This document shows positions 9,456 through 18,484 of a stretch of DNA of 64,000 nucleotides, one piece after another. The position numbers were made by a program, and so were the translations under genes. The stretch's first letter is position 1. Each line of letters starts with the position of its first letter. The notes below the pieces were generated by a model. It did not search any database. It was not told the origin of the DNA and saw only the letters and a list, made by a program, of their open reading frames with translations. The DNA is taken from positions 1,128 through 65,127 of the IMG/VR virus record IMGVR_UViG_2639763196_000002; one strand, given 5' to 3'. The stretch is from a virus. Taxonomy: Duplodnaviria > Caudoviricetes.

Positions 9456-9784
9456 GTCACGACCTCGAAGGATTGTTGGCGGTTTTTCCAGGTGCCGGCA
9501 AACCGCAGCAGCAGGCCGGCGCCCTGGCGGGTAGCGACAATGACCTGAGGGTCAAAATCGCCAATGCCGTTATGAATGTTGTAGAACGCTTGGGCGGCGT
9601 GGCTTTGGGCGAGGATCAGCAAGTCATCGCCCAGGTTCTGGCCGAGCAATTGCGGGATCAGTGAGCCGTACAGCGGGCGTTTTTGCCGCGTTCCGATGGG
9701 GGTGGTCAGCGCGCGGGTGGCGCGCTGCACAAATTGCAGCCAGTCGTCGACGGCCGCCCCGGTGTTCCTATCGATTCCGAGCAT
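9452..9784 (-). CDS. Baseplate protein GpW/gp25
   Basis: MLGIDRNTG...LTTPIGTRQKRPLYGS. Confidence 0.9.
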   Translation of the reverse strand: MLGIDRNTGAAVDDWLQFVQRATRALTTPIGTRQKRPLYGSLIPQLLGQNLGDDLLILAQSHAAQAFYNIHNGIGDFDPQVIVATRQGAGLLLRFAGTWKNRQQSFEVVT

Positions 9785-9793
9785 GGGGTGTCC

Positions 9794-10405
9794 TTATCGG
9801 GGGCTGATGACGCGTCCTTGATGGTCCACCACCGGGCCGCTGAAGTGCGCGCCGCCGGCATCCAGCAACAGGCTGGTACCGCCGATTTGCAGGGTGATGC
9901 TCTGGGCATTCATGGTCAGGCTGGCAGCGCCGACTTTAATGTCGACCTGTTCACGGGAGCCGCTGACGGTGGTTGGGCCGTTGACCCAGTTGAAGGTATG
10001 GCTGGCATCGTCGTAGTCGCTTTGGGTGCCGTCTTGATGGCGCCGCCGGGTCAGCGTTGCCACGCTGGAGACCGGCGGGAAGCGATCACTGTTGAGGCCG
10101 AACAGGGCCACGGATTGCACACCGCCCTCCCCCCCGCCGTAGTTGAGCAGCAGGCATTGCTCACCCACCGTGGGGATGCGGGTTTCGGTTTGTGCACCGG
10201 CACTGGGGTTGAAAAAGCGGATCGCCGGGGTGAGCAGGTCACCGTGGCTGACCTTGCAGGTGTTGCTGGCCGCATCGACGTGCTGGCAGATGCCGATCCG
10301 GCAGAAGCTCTCGGCGCGGCGGTAGAGGTCCTCAAGCTGGGACTCCATCTCAGCCAGGCGTTCGACGATCGGTCCCAATTGCATGCGTAACAGCGCGTCG
10401 AACAT
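9794..10405 (-). CDS. Baseplate spike GpV
   Basis: AGAQTETRIPTVGEQCLLL, DGTQSDYD motifs. Confidence 0.9.
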   Translation of the reverse strand: MFDALLRMQLGPIVERLAEMESQLEDLYRRAESFCRIGICQHVDAASNTCKVSHGDLLTPAIRFFNPSAGAQTETRIPTVGEQCLLLNYGGGEGGVQSVALFGLNSDRFPPVSSVATLTRRRHQDGTQSDYDDASHTFNWVNGPTTVSGSREQVDIKVGAASLTMNAQSITLQIGGTSLLLDAGGAHFSGPVVDHQGRVISPR

Positions 10406-10408
10406 GGG

Positions 10409-10924
10409 CTACTCCGCCAGTGGCTGGTATTGGGTTGGGTCGTCGATGTTGGAGACGTCCCAAGTGCAGGCAAATAGCGGTTGGCCTGTGGGATCGTCGA
10501 GTAACACCGGCCCCAGATAGAGGGTTTGCGTGAAGGAAACCGTCCAGGTGTCGTAGTCCGTTTCCACGGAAGTGCGCGCAGCGGGAGCGGCGACGATATT
10601 CGCCGGCAAATCGCACTGCGTCTGGGGCAGGTTCCAACGGTTATCCAACACCAGGTCCATGAGTTGGCTGGCCAGGTCGCAGGCATCGAACGGCAATGCA
10701 CCGGGGGCGACCATGGCCCTCAGTGAAATGCTCAGCACGTGAGCCTTGCGCCCTTCGCGAGAGCGAATGCCCGGGCCATTGCCTTCGACCGTGACCTGCA
10801 CACCGGTTTTTTCGGCGTCGCCCTTAAAGTCCTGGTGGCTACCGACCTTGATGTCGGGGAAGGCCGCGTGCAGCACCGCGCCGATGGCCTGGGGCAGTTG
10901 GGATGGCTTTTCGATAAGCGTCAT
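10409..10924 (-). CDS. Putative tail completion/terminator protein
   Basis: Start MTLIEK at 10924; YDTWTVSFTQTLYLG resembles prophage 42825-43355 (YTVWLVEWNQTIYLG). Confidence 0.7.
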   Translation of the reverse strand: MTLIEKPSQLPQAIGAVLHAAFPDIKVGSHQDFKGDAEKTGVQVTVEGNGPGIRSREGRKAHVLSISLRAMVAPGALPFDACDLASQLMDLVLDNRWNLPQTQCDLPANIVAAPAARTSVETDYDTWTVSFTQTLYLGPVLLDDPTGQPLFACTWDVSNIDDPTQYQPLAE

Positions 10925-10947
10925 TTTAAGTAGCGTCCTTGCAACAA

Positions 10948-11286
10948 TTACTGCGGGTCCTGGCGGGAGCCTTGGTTGATCCCGATGCGCTTGGCTGCCC
11001 ACCGTTCATAAAGACCGATGGCCACGTCGGCACCGGCCATGGCGGTCAGGCAACCAATGGCGCCGGCGGTCCAGATCGACATTCCGGCGGCGTAGCACAG
11101 CATCAGGGCGGAAACCCCGCAAACCATGCACGCCCCGGAACGCAGGGCCAGACGGCGGATCAGTGACCAACCGCGGGCGCCCTCCTTGTCGGCCCGCCAC
11201 ATCTCGCCGGATACGCCGCCGATCACTGCCAATACGATCACCAGCCAGATAGGCATTTCCGCTAACGCTTGCTGTTCATTTGTCAT
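10948..11286 (-). CDS. Tailocin holin
   Basis: 112 aa, multiple TM segments, MTNEQQALAEMPIW; AGGAGG SD; homologous to prophage holin at 51360-51704. Confidence 0.88.
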   Translation of the reverse strand: MTNEQQALAEMPIWLVIVLAVIGGVSGEMWRADKEGARGWSLIRRLALRSGACMVCGVSALMLCYAAGMSIWTAGAIGCLTAMAGADVAIGLYERWAAKRIGINQGSRQDPQ

Positions 11287-11356
11287 GTCACGCCTCCTGG
11301 CTGAGCAATAGATAGTCCGTATTTCATTTACAAATGCTTGAGTAGGTAGGCATTCC

Positions 11357-11381
11357 AAAAAGCCCGGTCGCCCGGGCTTTT
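11357..11381 (-). terminator. Intrinsic terminator in the holin leader
   Basis: Minus strand AAAAGCCCGGgcgaCCGGGCTTTTT. Confidence 0.8.
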
Positions 11382-11710
11382 CAGTAATGATGTCCTCGGA
11401 CTTTCGGCGCTACTGGCGCGGTACGGTCCTTTCCTCGATGTTTTTCCGACCACGATCCCTGTCTGCCGGATAACTGCTTCTGGTGCTTTACGCTGCACAC
11501 CCGGGTCAGTTGCCAACCCTCTGAACCGTTAAGGCCGGTTCATCGCTGCCTGTTGTTGAAGCGGTGAAACTAAAGAGCGTCGGCATCCTTGCCGGTGTTG
11601 CCTGGCATCCCTGCCATCGCTTCGATGGCGTCCTTGCCGATGTTGCGTGCCTTCCTTGTCTTCCTTGGCAGCATCCTTGCCGCCTCCACCAGGCCTTGTT
11701 GGCTGGCTTG
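11357..11710 (-). ncRNA. Candidate GGA-rich (Rsm/Csr-binding) leader RNA or sRNA
   Basis: Bounded by a sigma70 promoter and a terminator; about 12 GGA motifs, several in loops (GGCA-AGGA-UGCC, UGGCA-GGGA-UGCCA). Confidence 0.55.
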
Positions 11711-11716
11711 AGATGA

Positions 11717-11790
11717 AGAATATGCATGTATGCATATACAGTCAATGCACAAATGCATTTATTTTTGCTGCGGAAATGCGCATATGCATT
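11717..11790 (-). promoter_or_regulatory. Tailocin operon promoter with overlapping SOS-like box and ATGCAT repeats
   Basis: TTGACT(11745-11740)-17 bp-TATTCT(11722-11717); CTGTATATGCATACAT is one mismatch from the LexA consensus; repeated ATGCAT half-sites also occur upstream of prtR (12648-12672). Confidence 0.7.
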
Positions 11791-11832
11791 AGAAGGCCTA
11801 CTGGCTTGGGGTTTGCCGGTTTTCTGCGGGTG

Positions 11833-11860
11833 AAAAAAAACCCGCACATGGGCGGGTTTC
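11833..11860 (-). terminator. prtR terminator
   Basis: Minus strand GAAACCCGCccatgtGCGGGTTTTTTTT. Confidence 0.8.
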
Positions 11861-11876
11861 TTCTTACGAGTGGGAG

Positions 11877-12611
11877 TTAGCGGGCGTACATACCCCACCA
11901 GAAAACATGACCGAGGATGCTAATCTGCTCGTCCTGGATATCCTGGAAGCTGTAGTCCTCATCGGGGTGTTCATCACGATTGAAGCTGCGCAGGCGGATA
12001 CCGGAAGGCAGGCGGTAGAGCTGTTTAACCCGCAACTGGCCGTTGTGATTGATGGCATACAGGTCACCATCGACGATATCGCCAATGCCGCTCTTGCCGG
12101 CATTGACCCCCACCGTGGCGCCGTCTCGTAACACCGGCAACATACTGTTACCGCGCACCGTCACGCACTTGGCCTGGTCGAACTGCACACCGTTATGCCG
12201 CAGGCTGCGCTTGCCGAACCGCAGGCTGGCCTTTTCGCTTTCCTCGATGACGAATCTTCCTGATCCAGCAGCCAATTCAACCTCGCGCAGAAAGGGGATC
12301 GACACCTCGTCATCATTGACGGGGGTGTCGTCGTCCCACAGGCTTATGTCCTTGAGTTCCGAATGCATCGGGTCGCGCCCGTCATCGCGCAAAGCGCCCA
12401 CTGCTGCGCGCCCGCGCAGGTAATCAGTGCTCACGCGAAAATACTCGGCGATACGGGAGATGTGTTTATCCGACGGATCAACGATCTTGCCGCTGAGGAT
12501 CCGGGACAGTGTGGATTGAGGCACGCCAGTGCGTCGGTGAAGCTCCGTGGGGGAGATCCGGTCGCGGTCCAGCAGCTCTCTTAAGACGATAGAAACGTTG
12601 CGTTTTTGCAT
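11877..12611 (-). CDS. prtR: PrtR-like repressor (HTH-XRE + S24 autopeptidase)
   Basis: HTH (VPQSTLSRILSG), AAG cleavage site, VRGNSMLP and VKQL catalytic Ser/Lys; start MQKRNVS at 12611. Confidence 0.9.
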   Translation of the reverse strand: MQKRNVSIVLRELLDRDRISPTELHRRTGVPQSTLSRILSGKIVDPSDKHISRIAEYFRVSTDYLRGRAAVGALRDDGRDPMHSELKDISLWDDDTPVNDDEVSIPFLREVELAAGSGRFVIEESEKASLRFGKRSLRHNGVQFDQAKCVTVRGNSMLPVLRDGATVGVNAGKSGIGDIVDGDLYAINHNGQLRVKQLYRLPSGIRLRSFNRDEHPDEDYSFQDIQDEQISILGHVFWWGMYAR

Positions 12612-12707
12612 AGCGCGGATAGTGACGGGAGTTTGGGGGGTTGGCAAATGCTAATTTGCATATTTATGCATTAAACATCTGGACCTCACTTAATTCGAAT
12701 CAGAACA

Positions 12708-12723
12708 CTGTATATACAACCAG
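12708..12723. promoter_or_regulatory. LexA (SOS) box
   Basis: CTGTATATACAACCAG in the divergent prtR/Panacea intergenic region. Confidence 0.75.
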
Positions 12724-12845
12724 TTATCGACACTCTATTATTTCGACAGCTTGGTATTGCTGCCGATCAACACCTTGCATGTCGACAACTCAAGGCCTAT
12801 GTATAAAACTCTTTGACAACGTAGCCAGCAACGACGGAGGTGCTC

Positions 12846-13334
12846 ATGGCTTATTCAGCGCTAGCTGTCGCTAACGCCTTCATTGAACGTGCGAAGGAAG
12901 GCAAGCTTTCGGGCCTGACGCCCATGAAGCTGCAAAAACTGCTGTTTTATACGCAGTCCTGGCATTTGCGCGAACGGGATCAGCCCCTCATGGATGATCA
13001 CTTCGCCCGCTGGCAATATGGCCCGGTCATTCCGTCGCTTTACCATGAGTTAAAATCCTACGGTAATCGCCCGGTGACCGCGTTGCTCAGCAACCTGAAG
13101 CCCGACGCCGAAGACATTGTCTTCGTGACACCGAGAGTGCCTGAGAGCGATACCTACACCCATCGTTTGATTGACCGGATCATCAACAAATACGGCAAGT
13201 GGTCTGGCACCCAACTGTCCAACCTCTCCCACGAGGACGGCACAGCCTGGGCCCTCAAGGGCGCCGACGGTTCGGCCATCGACTGGGAAGACATGGCCAC
13301 ACTCATTCACCCAAAGAGCCGCATCCGTGAGTGA
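12846..13334 (+). CDS. Panacea (DUF4065/SocA/GepA-like) antitoxin
   Basis: VANAFI...LTPMKLQKLLFY...WQYGPVIPSLY...LSH...W signature. Confidence 0.85.
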   Translation: MAYSALAVANAFIERAKEGKLSGLTPMKLQKLLFYTQSWHLRERDQPLMDDHFARWQYGPVIPSLYHELKSYGNRPVTALLSNLKPDAEDIVFVTPRVPESDTYTHRLIDRIINKYGKWSGTQLSNLSHEDGTAWALKGADGSAIDWEDMATLIHPKSRIRE

Positions 13335-13698
13335 AGAACTCGACAACCTGGAACTCACCTTGCCCCCCGTGGCAGGGCCTGACCAGGACACCCAAGCCGG
13401 TGGCGAGCAAGCCATAGGCACCGACGATGAAAGAAGCCAGAACCTCAAAGACCAGAAGGCTGAAAGGCAACTGCGCAAGAAATATGCGGGACGTGCGTTT
13501 TGGTTCGCTGCGTGCGGGGTGATCTTCTGGGGGGTCCTGCTGGTGTGGAATGGCTGGTCGACGTATTACTCGGGTAAAGCGCCGTTCTCGGACAATGTGT
13601 TGATTGCCATCACTACGGCGACTTCAATCAACTTGTTTGCGGCGTTTCTTGGGGTGATCAGAGGGTTGTTTCCGGCTAGTGGGCGTAAATCCAAATAG
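13327..13698 (+). CDS. Two-TM membrane protein, putative PanT toxin
   Basis: GTG start overlaps the antitoxin 3' end; acidic N-terminus, then two hydrophobic segments. Confidence 0.65.
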   Translation: MSEELDNLELTLPPVAGPDQDTQAGGEQAIGTDDERSQNLKDQKAERQLRKKYAGRAFWFAACGVIFWGVLLVWNGWSTYYSGKAPFSDNVLIAITTATSINLFAAFLGVIRGLFPASGRKSK

Positions 13699-13843
13699 TC
13701 TGGTCGTACTCATACCCTGACTTCTCTCTATCCGGCATTAAGGTGTGAGCACGCAAAAGTCAGTTAATCATCTTCAAGGCACTGATCGGTTTTTTAGTTT
13801 TTGCCGAGCTTATCCAGCAGCGACCGGCTGCAAAAATCGCACC

Positions 13844-13948
13844 GAGGTGGAGTTTCATCTTGCGGCCAACACCTCGGATTTCCGCCACGTCTGTATTGCG
13901 CAAGACCCGGTCCCGCTTAACCGGGTCGGTGCTATTGACCACCCCGAC
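13844..13948 (-). pseudogene. umuC: Internal umuC fragment
   Basis: VVNSTDPVKRDRVLRNTDVAEIRGVGRKMKLHL aligns with the intact UmuC at ~25793-25897 (VVNITDPVKRDWVLRNTDVAEVWGVGRKMKLHL). Confidence 0.85.
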
Positions 13949-13995
13949 CAGCATCAACTGAAGCCGCACCCGCGGCGGCTTCTGTCGTCGGCCAG

Positions 13996-14649
13996 TCAGC
14001 GGCGCGGAGTCTGCAAGGCGTGGTAGCCGTAATCGGCGCGAGCTTTGCGTAAAGGAACGCCCTCCTCGATAGCCGTACGAATATGTTCTTCGGCCTGGTG
14101 GATTTCTTCGGCCACCTCCAGCACTTCGCTCAGTGAGCCGGCCGGAATCACCACCAGGCCGTCAGCGTCGCCGCGCAACCAATCATCGGGTTGTACCCGC
14201 ACGCCACCCAGCGTAACGGGCGCCTGGATCGCTTCGACACGCACGCGATCCTTGCCGGTGCGCATCCAGTTCCCCCGGGAAAAGATCGGGTAGTTAAGCT
14301 CCAACGCACGGTCGACATCGCGGCAGATACCGTCAATCACCGTCCCGGCCAACTGCTTACGGGCGGCGGTAGAGGTCAGTAAATCGCCCCACACGGTGGT
14401 GTCGAGCCGCGCCTGGTTGTCGATCACTACCACCTGGCCAGCCTCAAGGTCGTCGATGTAGTCACCCACCGAGCCGCCGTCCAGGCCAATAGGGCCGTAG
14501 CGCAGGGTCCAGGCTTTGCCTGTGAGGTTGAACGACCGGTCCAGAGGCATGATGTCGGTGCACTGGCAAACGATTTTCAGGCGGTCCATCGCATCGCTGA
14601 GGTCGGTGCAACTCAGGGCGTCGAGGCGGGTAACAATAGAGGTTTGCAT
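13996..14649 (-). CDS. RraA-family / HMG-aldolase-like protein
   Basis: LSDAMD, VWGDLL, VIDGICRD, GDADGLVVIP motifs. Confidence 0.85.
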   Translation of the reverse strand: MQTSIVTRLDALSCTDLSDAMDRLKIVCQCTDIMPLDRSFNLTGKAWTLRYGPIGLDGGSVGDYIDDLEAGQVVVIDNQARLDTTVWGDLLTSTAARKQLAGTVIDGICRDVDRALELNYPIFSRGNWMRTGKDRVRVEAIQAPVTLGGVRVQPDDWLRGDADGLVVIPAGSLSEVLEVAEEIHQAEEHIRTAIEEGVPLRKARADYGYHALQTPRR

Positions 14650-14676
14650 GATGTGGCCTTCCTTGTGTCCTGTGGG

Positions 14677-15732
14677 TTAACGCGCGGTGGCGTCGGCACT
14701 GAATGCGTGGATATTGTCGACGATCTGGCGTGACGCCGTCCGGATTGCCGTGGTGGTATTGCCAGCGATGTGCGGCGTCAATTGCGCATTGGCAATAGCG
14801 GTCAATGGCGAGTCGAAGCGGTCTTTTTCAAGGGCAAAGGTATCGATGGCGACGGCTTTGATATGCCTGGGAAACTGGCGCATGAAAGCGGCCAACCGGT
14901 GTTCGTCGACGATCCCGCCGCGCGCGGTATTGATGAGGATTGATCCCTGGCGCATCTGCTGGAACTCGGCGGTGCCGAACAAGCCTCGGGTCTGCGGGGT
15001 GAGCGGTACGTGGATCGAGACGATGTTCGCCTCGGCCAGTAACTGTTCAAGACCTGCCCGCCGTTCAAGCCCAAGGCTGTGCGCCACCGGTTCGGTAAAA
15101 CGTTCGGACCCGGTGGCGATCACCTTGATGCCCAGCGCCGCAGCCTTGCGCGCCACCTGCCGGGCAATGCTGCCGGTGCCCACCAGCCCAAGCGTCAGTT
15201 CGGCGTATTCGCAGGCAGGTGCCAAGGAGCCTTTTGCCCAATGGCCGTTGTGCGTTTCAGCGTTGTAGTCATCCAGGTCGCGCGACAGAAACAGCGCCTG
15301 GGCCACGACGTATTCGGCAACAGCGGTCGCGTTGGAGCCCGGTGTGTTGAGGATCGCCACGCCACACTGCTCGCACGCCAGCCGATCAATATGATTGATC
15401 CCTGTGCCCGCCTGGGCAAGGGCGCGCAGTGGCGTGGCCAACGCCGGCGAGGTGGCAGCGCGGATCAGGCCAGCGCCCAACGGGATGTTCAGGCGCGTCT
15501 TGAACACGCTGTAACCCCCGGCCTGACTCACGGCGGCAATAAAGCCAGGTTCGTCATGGCAGTTGATCTCGGCATAGTGAATGCGCGTGCCGTAGTGCTG
15601 CCGGATGCGCTCTTTGTCCGCGAAATAATGCAGGTTGAGGGTGACGCCCAGGCCCAGTTCAAGAAAGCGATCGACTTCCTCAAACAGTAACGGCGGCCCG
15701 GGGGCATCCAGTATCAAGGTGGTAAATGCCAT
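14677..15732 (-). CDS. D-isomer-specific 2-hydroxyacid dehydrogenase
   Basis: GTGINHID, NTPGSN, GTGSIA Rossmann motif, INTARGGIVDE, LTPHIAG. Confidence 0.88.
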   Translation of the reverse strand: MAFTTLILDAPGPPLLFEEVDRFLELGLGVTLNLHYFADKERIRQHYGTRIHYAEINCHDEPGFIAAVSQAGGYSVFKTRLNIPLGAGLIRAATSPALATPLRALAQAGTGINHIDRLACEQCGVAILNTPGSNATAVAEYVVAQALFLSRDLDDYNAETHNGHWAKGSLAPACEYAELTLGLVGTGSIARQVARKAAALGIKVIATGSERFTEPVAHSLGLERRAGLEQLLAEANIVSIHVPLTPQTRGLFGTAEFQQMRQGSILINTARGGIVDEHRLAAFMRQFPRHIKAVAIDTFALEKDRFDSPLTAIANAQLTPHIAGNTTTAIRTASRQIVDNIHAFSADATAR

Positions 15733-15796
15733 ACAGTTGATCCTCTTGGAGGGTAGCGCCTGCCGATACCCAGGTTGCCCTGGGCATCGGGGTTAA

Positions 15797-18484
15797 TCAC
15801 CAGGTGAAATGGTGGGCGCTTGCGGGATCGACCAAACCTGCATCGGTACTCACGGCCGCGAGGAACCCGCTGTAGAAATCATTCAGCGATGACGACTGGA
15901 TGAACGCGGGATTGCTTTTGGCGTAGAGCAGAAACAAGCGATAGATTCGCAAGTTCTTTTCCTTGAGATAGACCTCGGCCCTGAGGCTGGGCCAGAGGTT
16001 GAGCAAGCTGCCTTCCTTGATTTTCCATGGATCCGCCGGCTCGGTGCCGTTGGTGGCTTTGTACACGAAGCGCTTACCTTCAATCACTTCCAGGTGCAGG
16101 CTGGCCAGCAGCTGTTCGGCGGTACCGACGGCTTCGGCCTTCAAGGCTTGCGCCAGCCTCTGGATGTGGGCCTTTTCCGGGATGCTGCCGGTCAGGGTCA
16201 GCCAGGCGCATTTGAGGTCGGTTCGCGCAATGGCGTAGGCCATGCCTTTGACGTAGGTGTGAAAGCTCTCATCCTCGTTGAAGGCCTTGGACAAGCAAGT
16301 TGCCGGCTCTTGCGCAAACTGCCCGACGCCGATCAGTTCGCTGTGCAATCCACCGGCCAGCAAGGCGCGGGTCCAGGGAATCGCACGAATGGCATCGGGA
16401 CGCGACTCGAACACCTTGATGTTGAAGATACGAGAAGGCGGCCGGGTGCCTTTGGCGGTGGCCCTGACCACATCGAATCGTGCCAGGTCCCGCAGCAGGG
16501 AAGGCAGCGCCGGATGCTCGAAGAACGTCGCCTGGTAGCGGCGCACCACGCCCCCCCAACGTTGAACCCTGCCGGCAATGACCTCCTCGGACGGCTGCGG
16601 CTTGGGCTCGGCGTGCATACGGTACAACTGGCTGAGAAAGTTGACGGACTGGTTGCGGGTCAGCAGATGAGCGCGCATCTCCGCGCAGCCGGCCAGCATG
16701 AAGCGGGTTTCCGGGCCCTCCAGCGCGCCGAACTCCTGCAAGGTCTCGGCGATCACCCCATTACACCGTGCGTGTTCCCCGCCCATGATGACGTGGACGA
16801 CCACCTCGATGCCATAACGGGCCGCGATCAACTTGTGCTGGTTGGCAATCGCCATGTTCAGCTTGTGCATGGCCTTGCCGCCTTGCTTGCCCGTGTCGCT
16901 GGGGCCAAACGTGATGTATTGGCGGTTGCCGCGCGTTGCCAGGTGCTGGCGGTACACCGGGTTTTCGTACACCTCATGCACCGTGGCCACCGTGCGCTCG
17001 GCACCTGCCAGGTCTTCAGGTTGCAGAGCGATGTCAATCCCGTCCCGTACCTGGGCCGCTTTCATCAGGAACAGCACCTCCAGCGCGCTGAGGGCCGAGG
17101 TGTACTCGGCGATCCCGTGGATTTTCATCCGGTCGCGATAACGGTCAATCATTTCAAACCGTTCCACCGCGTTGCGCGCATCGTGCATGCGGATATAGCT
17201 CGCATCCTGCTCCATCAGCGCAATGTAATCCTGGCCGGCATATTGCTCGACTTTCCGCGTGTAAATCGGCGTCGTGCGTTGCAAATACTCCTGCCACAGG
17301 GCAGCGGGCGTCCGGGCCGCCCCGCCCTCCAGCGCGACCTCAAGGGCGGCCTGACGCGCACGCTCATCCAGCTCGTGATAGTGCCGGCCCTGGCCCAGGC
17401 CGATGGTTTCCAGCCACTGACTGGAAAGGATCTCATCGACCACGCAGCTGAACATCTCGGCGTTTTCACGAAACTCGATATCCAGATAGTGAAAGCCAAA
17501 CGCATGCACCCGCAGCAGCAGACGGTCGATGGCGGCGGGCTGGGTAAAACGGATGCTGCTCAGTGCGTCGATCAGTTCGGCGGGACGCTTGAAATGCTCG
17601 GGATGATCCTTGCCCACGCGAGCACGAATCTCTTCAAGGCGATGCCGTGCGCCGCCGTCCTTGATCAGACTGTCGATATCAGCGATGTAGCGATTGCGCA
17701 GCGCCGTTTCCAGCGCCACCACCAGGGTTTCGGTGTGCTGGTTGGTGTCATAGGGGCGGCCATCCTTGTCGCCGTATAACCAGGTGAACAAAGTCAGCCA
17801 TTTTTCCTGCGGCGCCAGGCCCAGGGCGTGATGCACGTCGGGCAACGCGTCATACACACTGTCGGCGTAAAAAATCTGTGACTCGATATCGGTGCCATTA
17901 CTGCCCGACCACACGGCGTTGTACAACTCCAGCAGAAGCTGCGCAGTGACTTGAGGCTTTTTCAGGCCACGATCCTCGACGTGCTGTGCCAGTTTCTGCA
18001 AGACCAGCACAACGGAATGCTTGAGCTGGTCGGTTTCTTTGCACAGCACTCCCAGGCTGATATTCACGCCCGCAGGCGCTGCAATCAACTGCGGATCGAG
18101 CGTGAGCAACTGACGAGGCAGACTGGCTTGCGAAGCAATCTGGGTCGCCACACCCCTGACCGACAATTCGAACAGCAGTTGCTTGATCAGTAACAACTTC
18201 CAGAATGCCTCGACGTCTTTGCTGGAGCGCGATTCGAAGAACGCCTTGCCCAGAGCTGCGGCCAATTTCGAATCACCCTTGTCCAGATACGACAGCGTAT
18301 CGATTTCAGCATAGATCCTGAGACAGGCACGGGCATGCGGGGTGTGGGAAGCATCATCCGTGTTGGCCTTGAGTGCGTGCTCCAGGGCTCGCCATAGGAC
18401 GTCATGCAGTAGCGCGGGGTTGGTATGGCCGATTGAGGGGCGAGTTGATGCATTTTCCAGTATGGAGTTGATCACATGATTCAT
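15797..18484 (-). CDS. Divergent phosphoenolpyruvate carboxylase-like protein
   Basis: Degenerate PEPC motifs in the expected order: WLYGDKDGRP, DIEFRE, QPED, GPSDTGKQGG, GGEHAR, GTRPPSR, IRAIPW. Confidence 0.7.
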   Translation of the reverse strand: MNHVINSILENASTRPSIGHTNPALLHDVLWRALEHALKANTDDASHTPHARACLRIYAEIDTLSYLDKGDSKLAAALGKAFFESRSSKDVEAFWKLLLIKQLLFELSVRGVATQIASQASLPRQLLTLDPQLIAAPAGVNISLGVLCKETDQLKHSVVLVLQKLAQHVEDRGLKKPQVTAQLLLELYNAVWSGSNGTDIESQIFYADSVYDALPDVHHALGLAPQEKWLTLFTWLYGDKDGRPYDTNQHTETLVVALETALRNRYIADIDSLIKDGGARHRLEEIRARVGKDHPEHFKRPAELIDALSSIRFTQPAAIDRLLLRVHAFGFHYLDIEFRENAEMFSCVVDEILSSQWLETIGLGQGRHYHELDERARQAALEVALEGGAARTPAALWQEYLQRTTPIYTRKVEQYAGQDYIALMEQDASYIRMHDARNAVERFEMIDRYRDRMKIHGIAEYTSALSALEVLFLMKAAQVRDGIDIALQPEDLAGAERTVATVHEVYENPVYRQHLATRGNRQYITFGPSDTGKQGGKAMHKLNMAIANQHKLIAARYGIEVVVHVIMGGEHARCNGVIAETLQEFGALEGPETRFMLAGCAEMRAHLLTRNQSVNFLSQLYRMHAEPKPQPSEEVIAGRVQRWGGVVRRYQATFFEHPALPSLLRDLARFDVVRATAKGTRPPSRIFNIKVFESRPDAIRAIPWTRALLAGGLHSELIGVGQFAQEPATCLSKAFNEDESFHTYVKGMAYAIARTDLKCAWLTLTGSIPEKAHIQRLAQALKAEAVGTAEQLLASLHLEVIEGKRFVYKATNGTEPADPWKIKEGSLLNLWPSLRAEVYLKEKNLRIYRLFLLYAKSNPAFIQSSSLNDFYSGFLAAVSTDAGLVDPASAHHFTW

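Larger units (their letters stand above)
1..12611 (-). mobile_element. R-type tailocin (phage tail-like bacteriocin) gene cluster, continues off left edge
   Basis: Repressor, holin and then directly P2-like baseplate/fibre/sheath/tube/tape-measure genes, with no capsid, portal, terminase or replication genes in between; lies next to mutS as known for P. fluorescens-group tailocins. Confidence 0.9.

Noticed and set aside
11506-11898. Short ORFs in the prtR-holin gap
   Set aside because: Overlapping low-complexity ORFs that cross promoter and terminator signals and lack a clear SD; the repeats are better explained at RNA level
1-12611. A second prophage
   Set aside because: Holin leads straight to baseplate genes with no head, packaging, replication or integrase genes; fits a tailocin
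16094-17779. 561-aa plus-strand ORF
   Set aside because: Antisense shadow of the PEPC-like gene; no motifs
15797-18484. Housekeeping ppc
   Set aside because: Key motifs too altered and accessory context, so no gene symbol assigned
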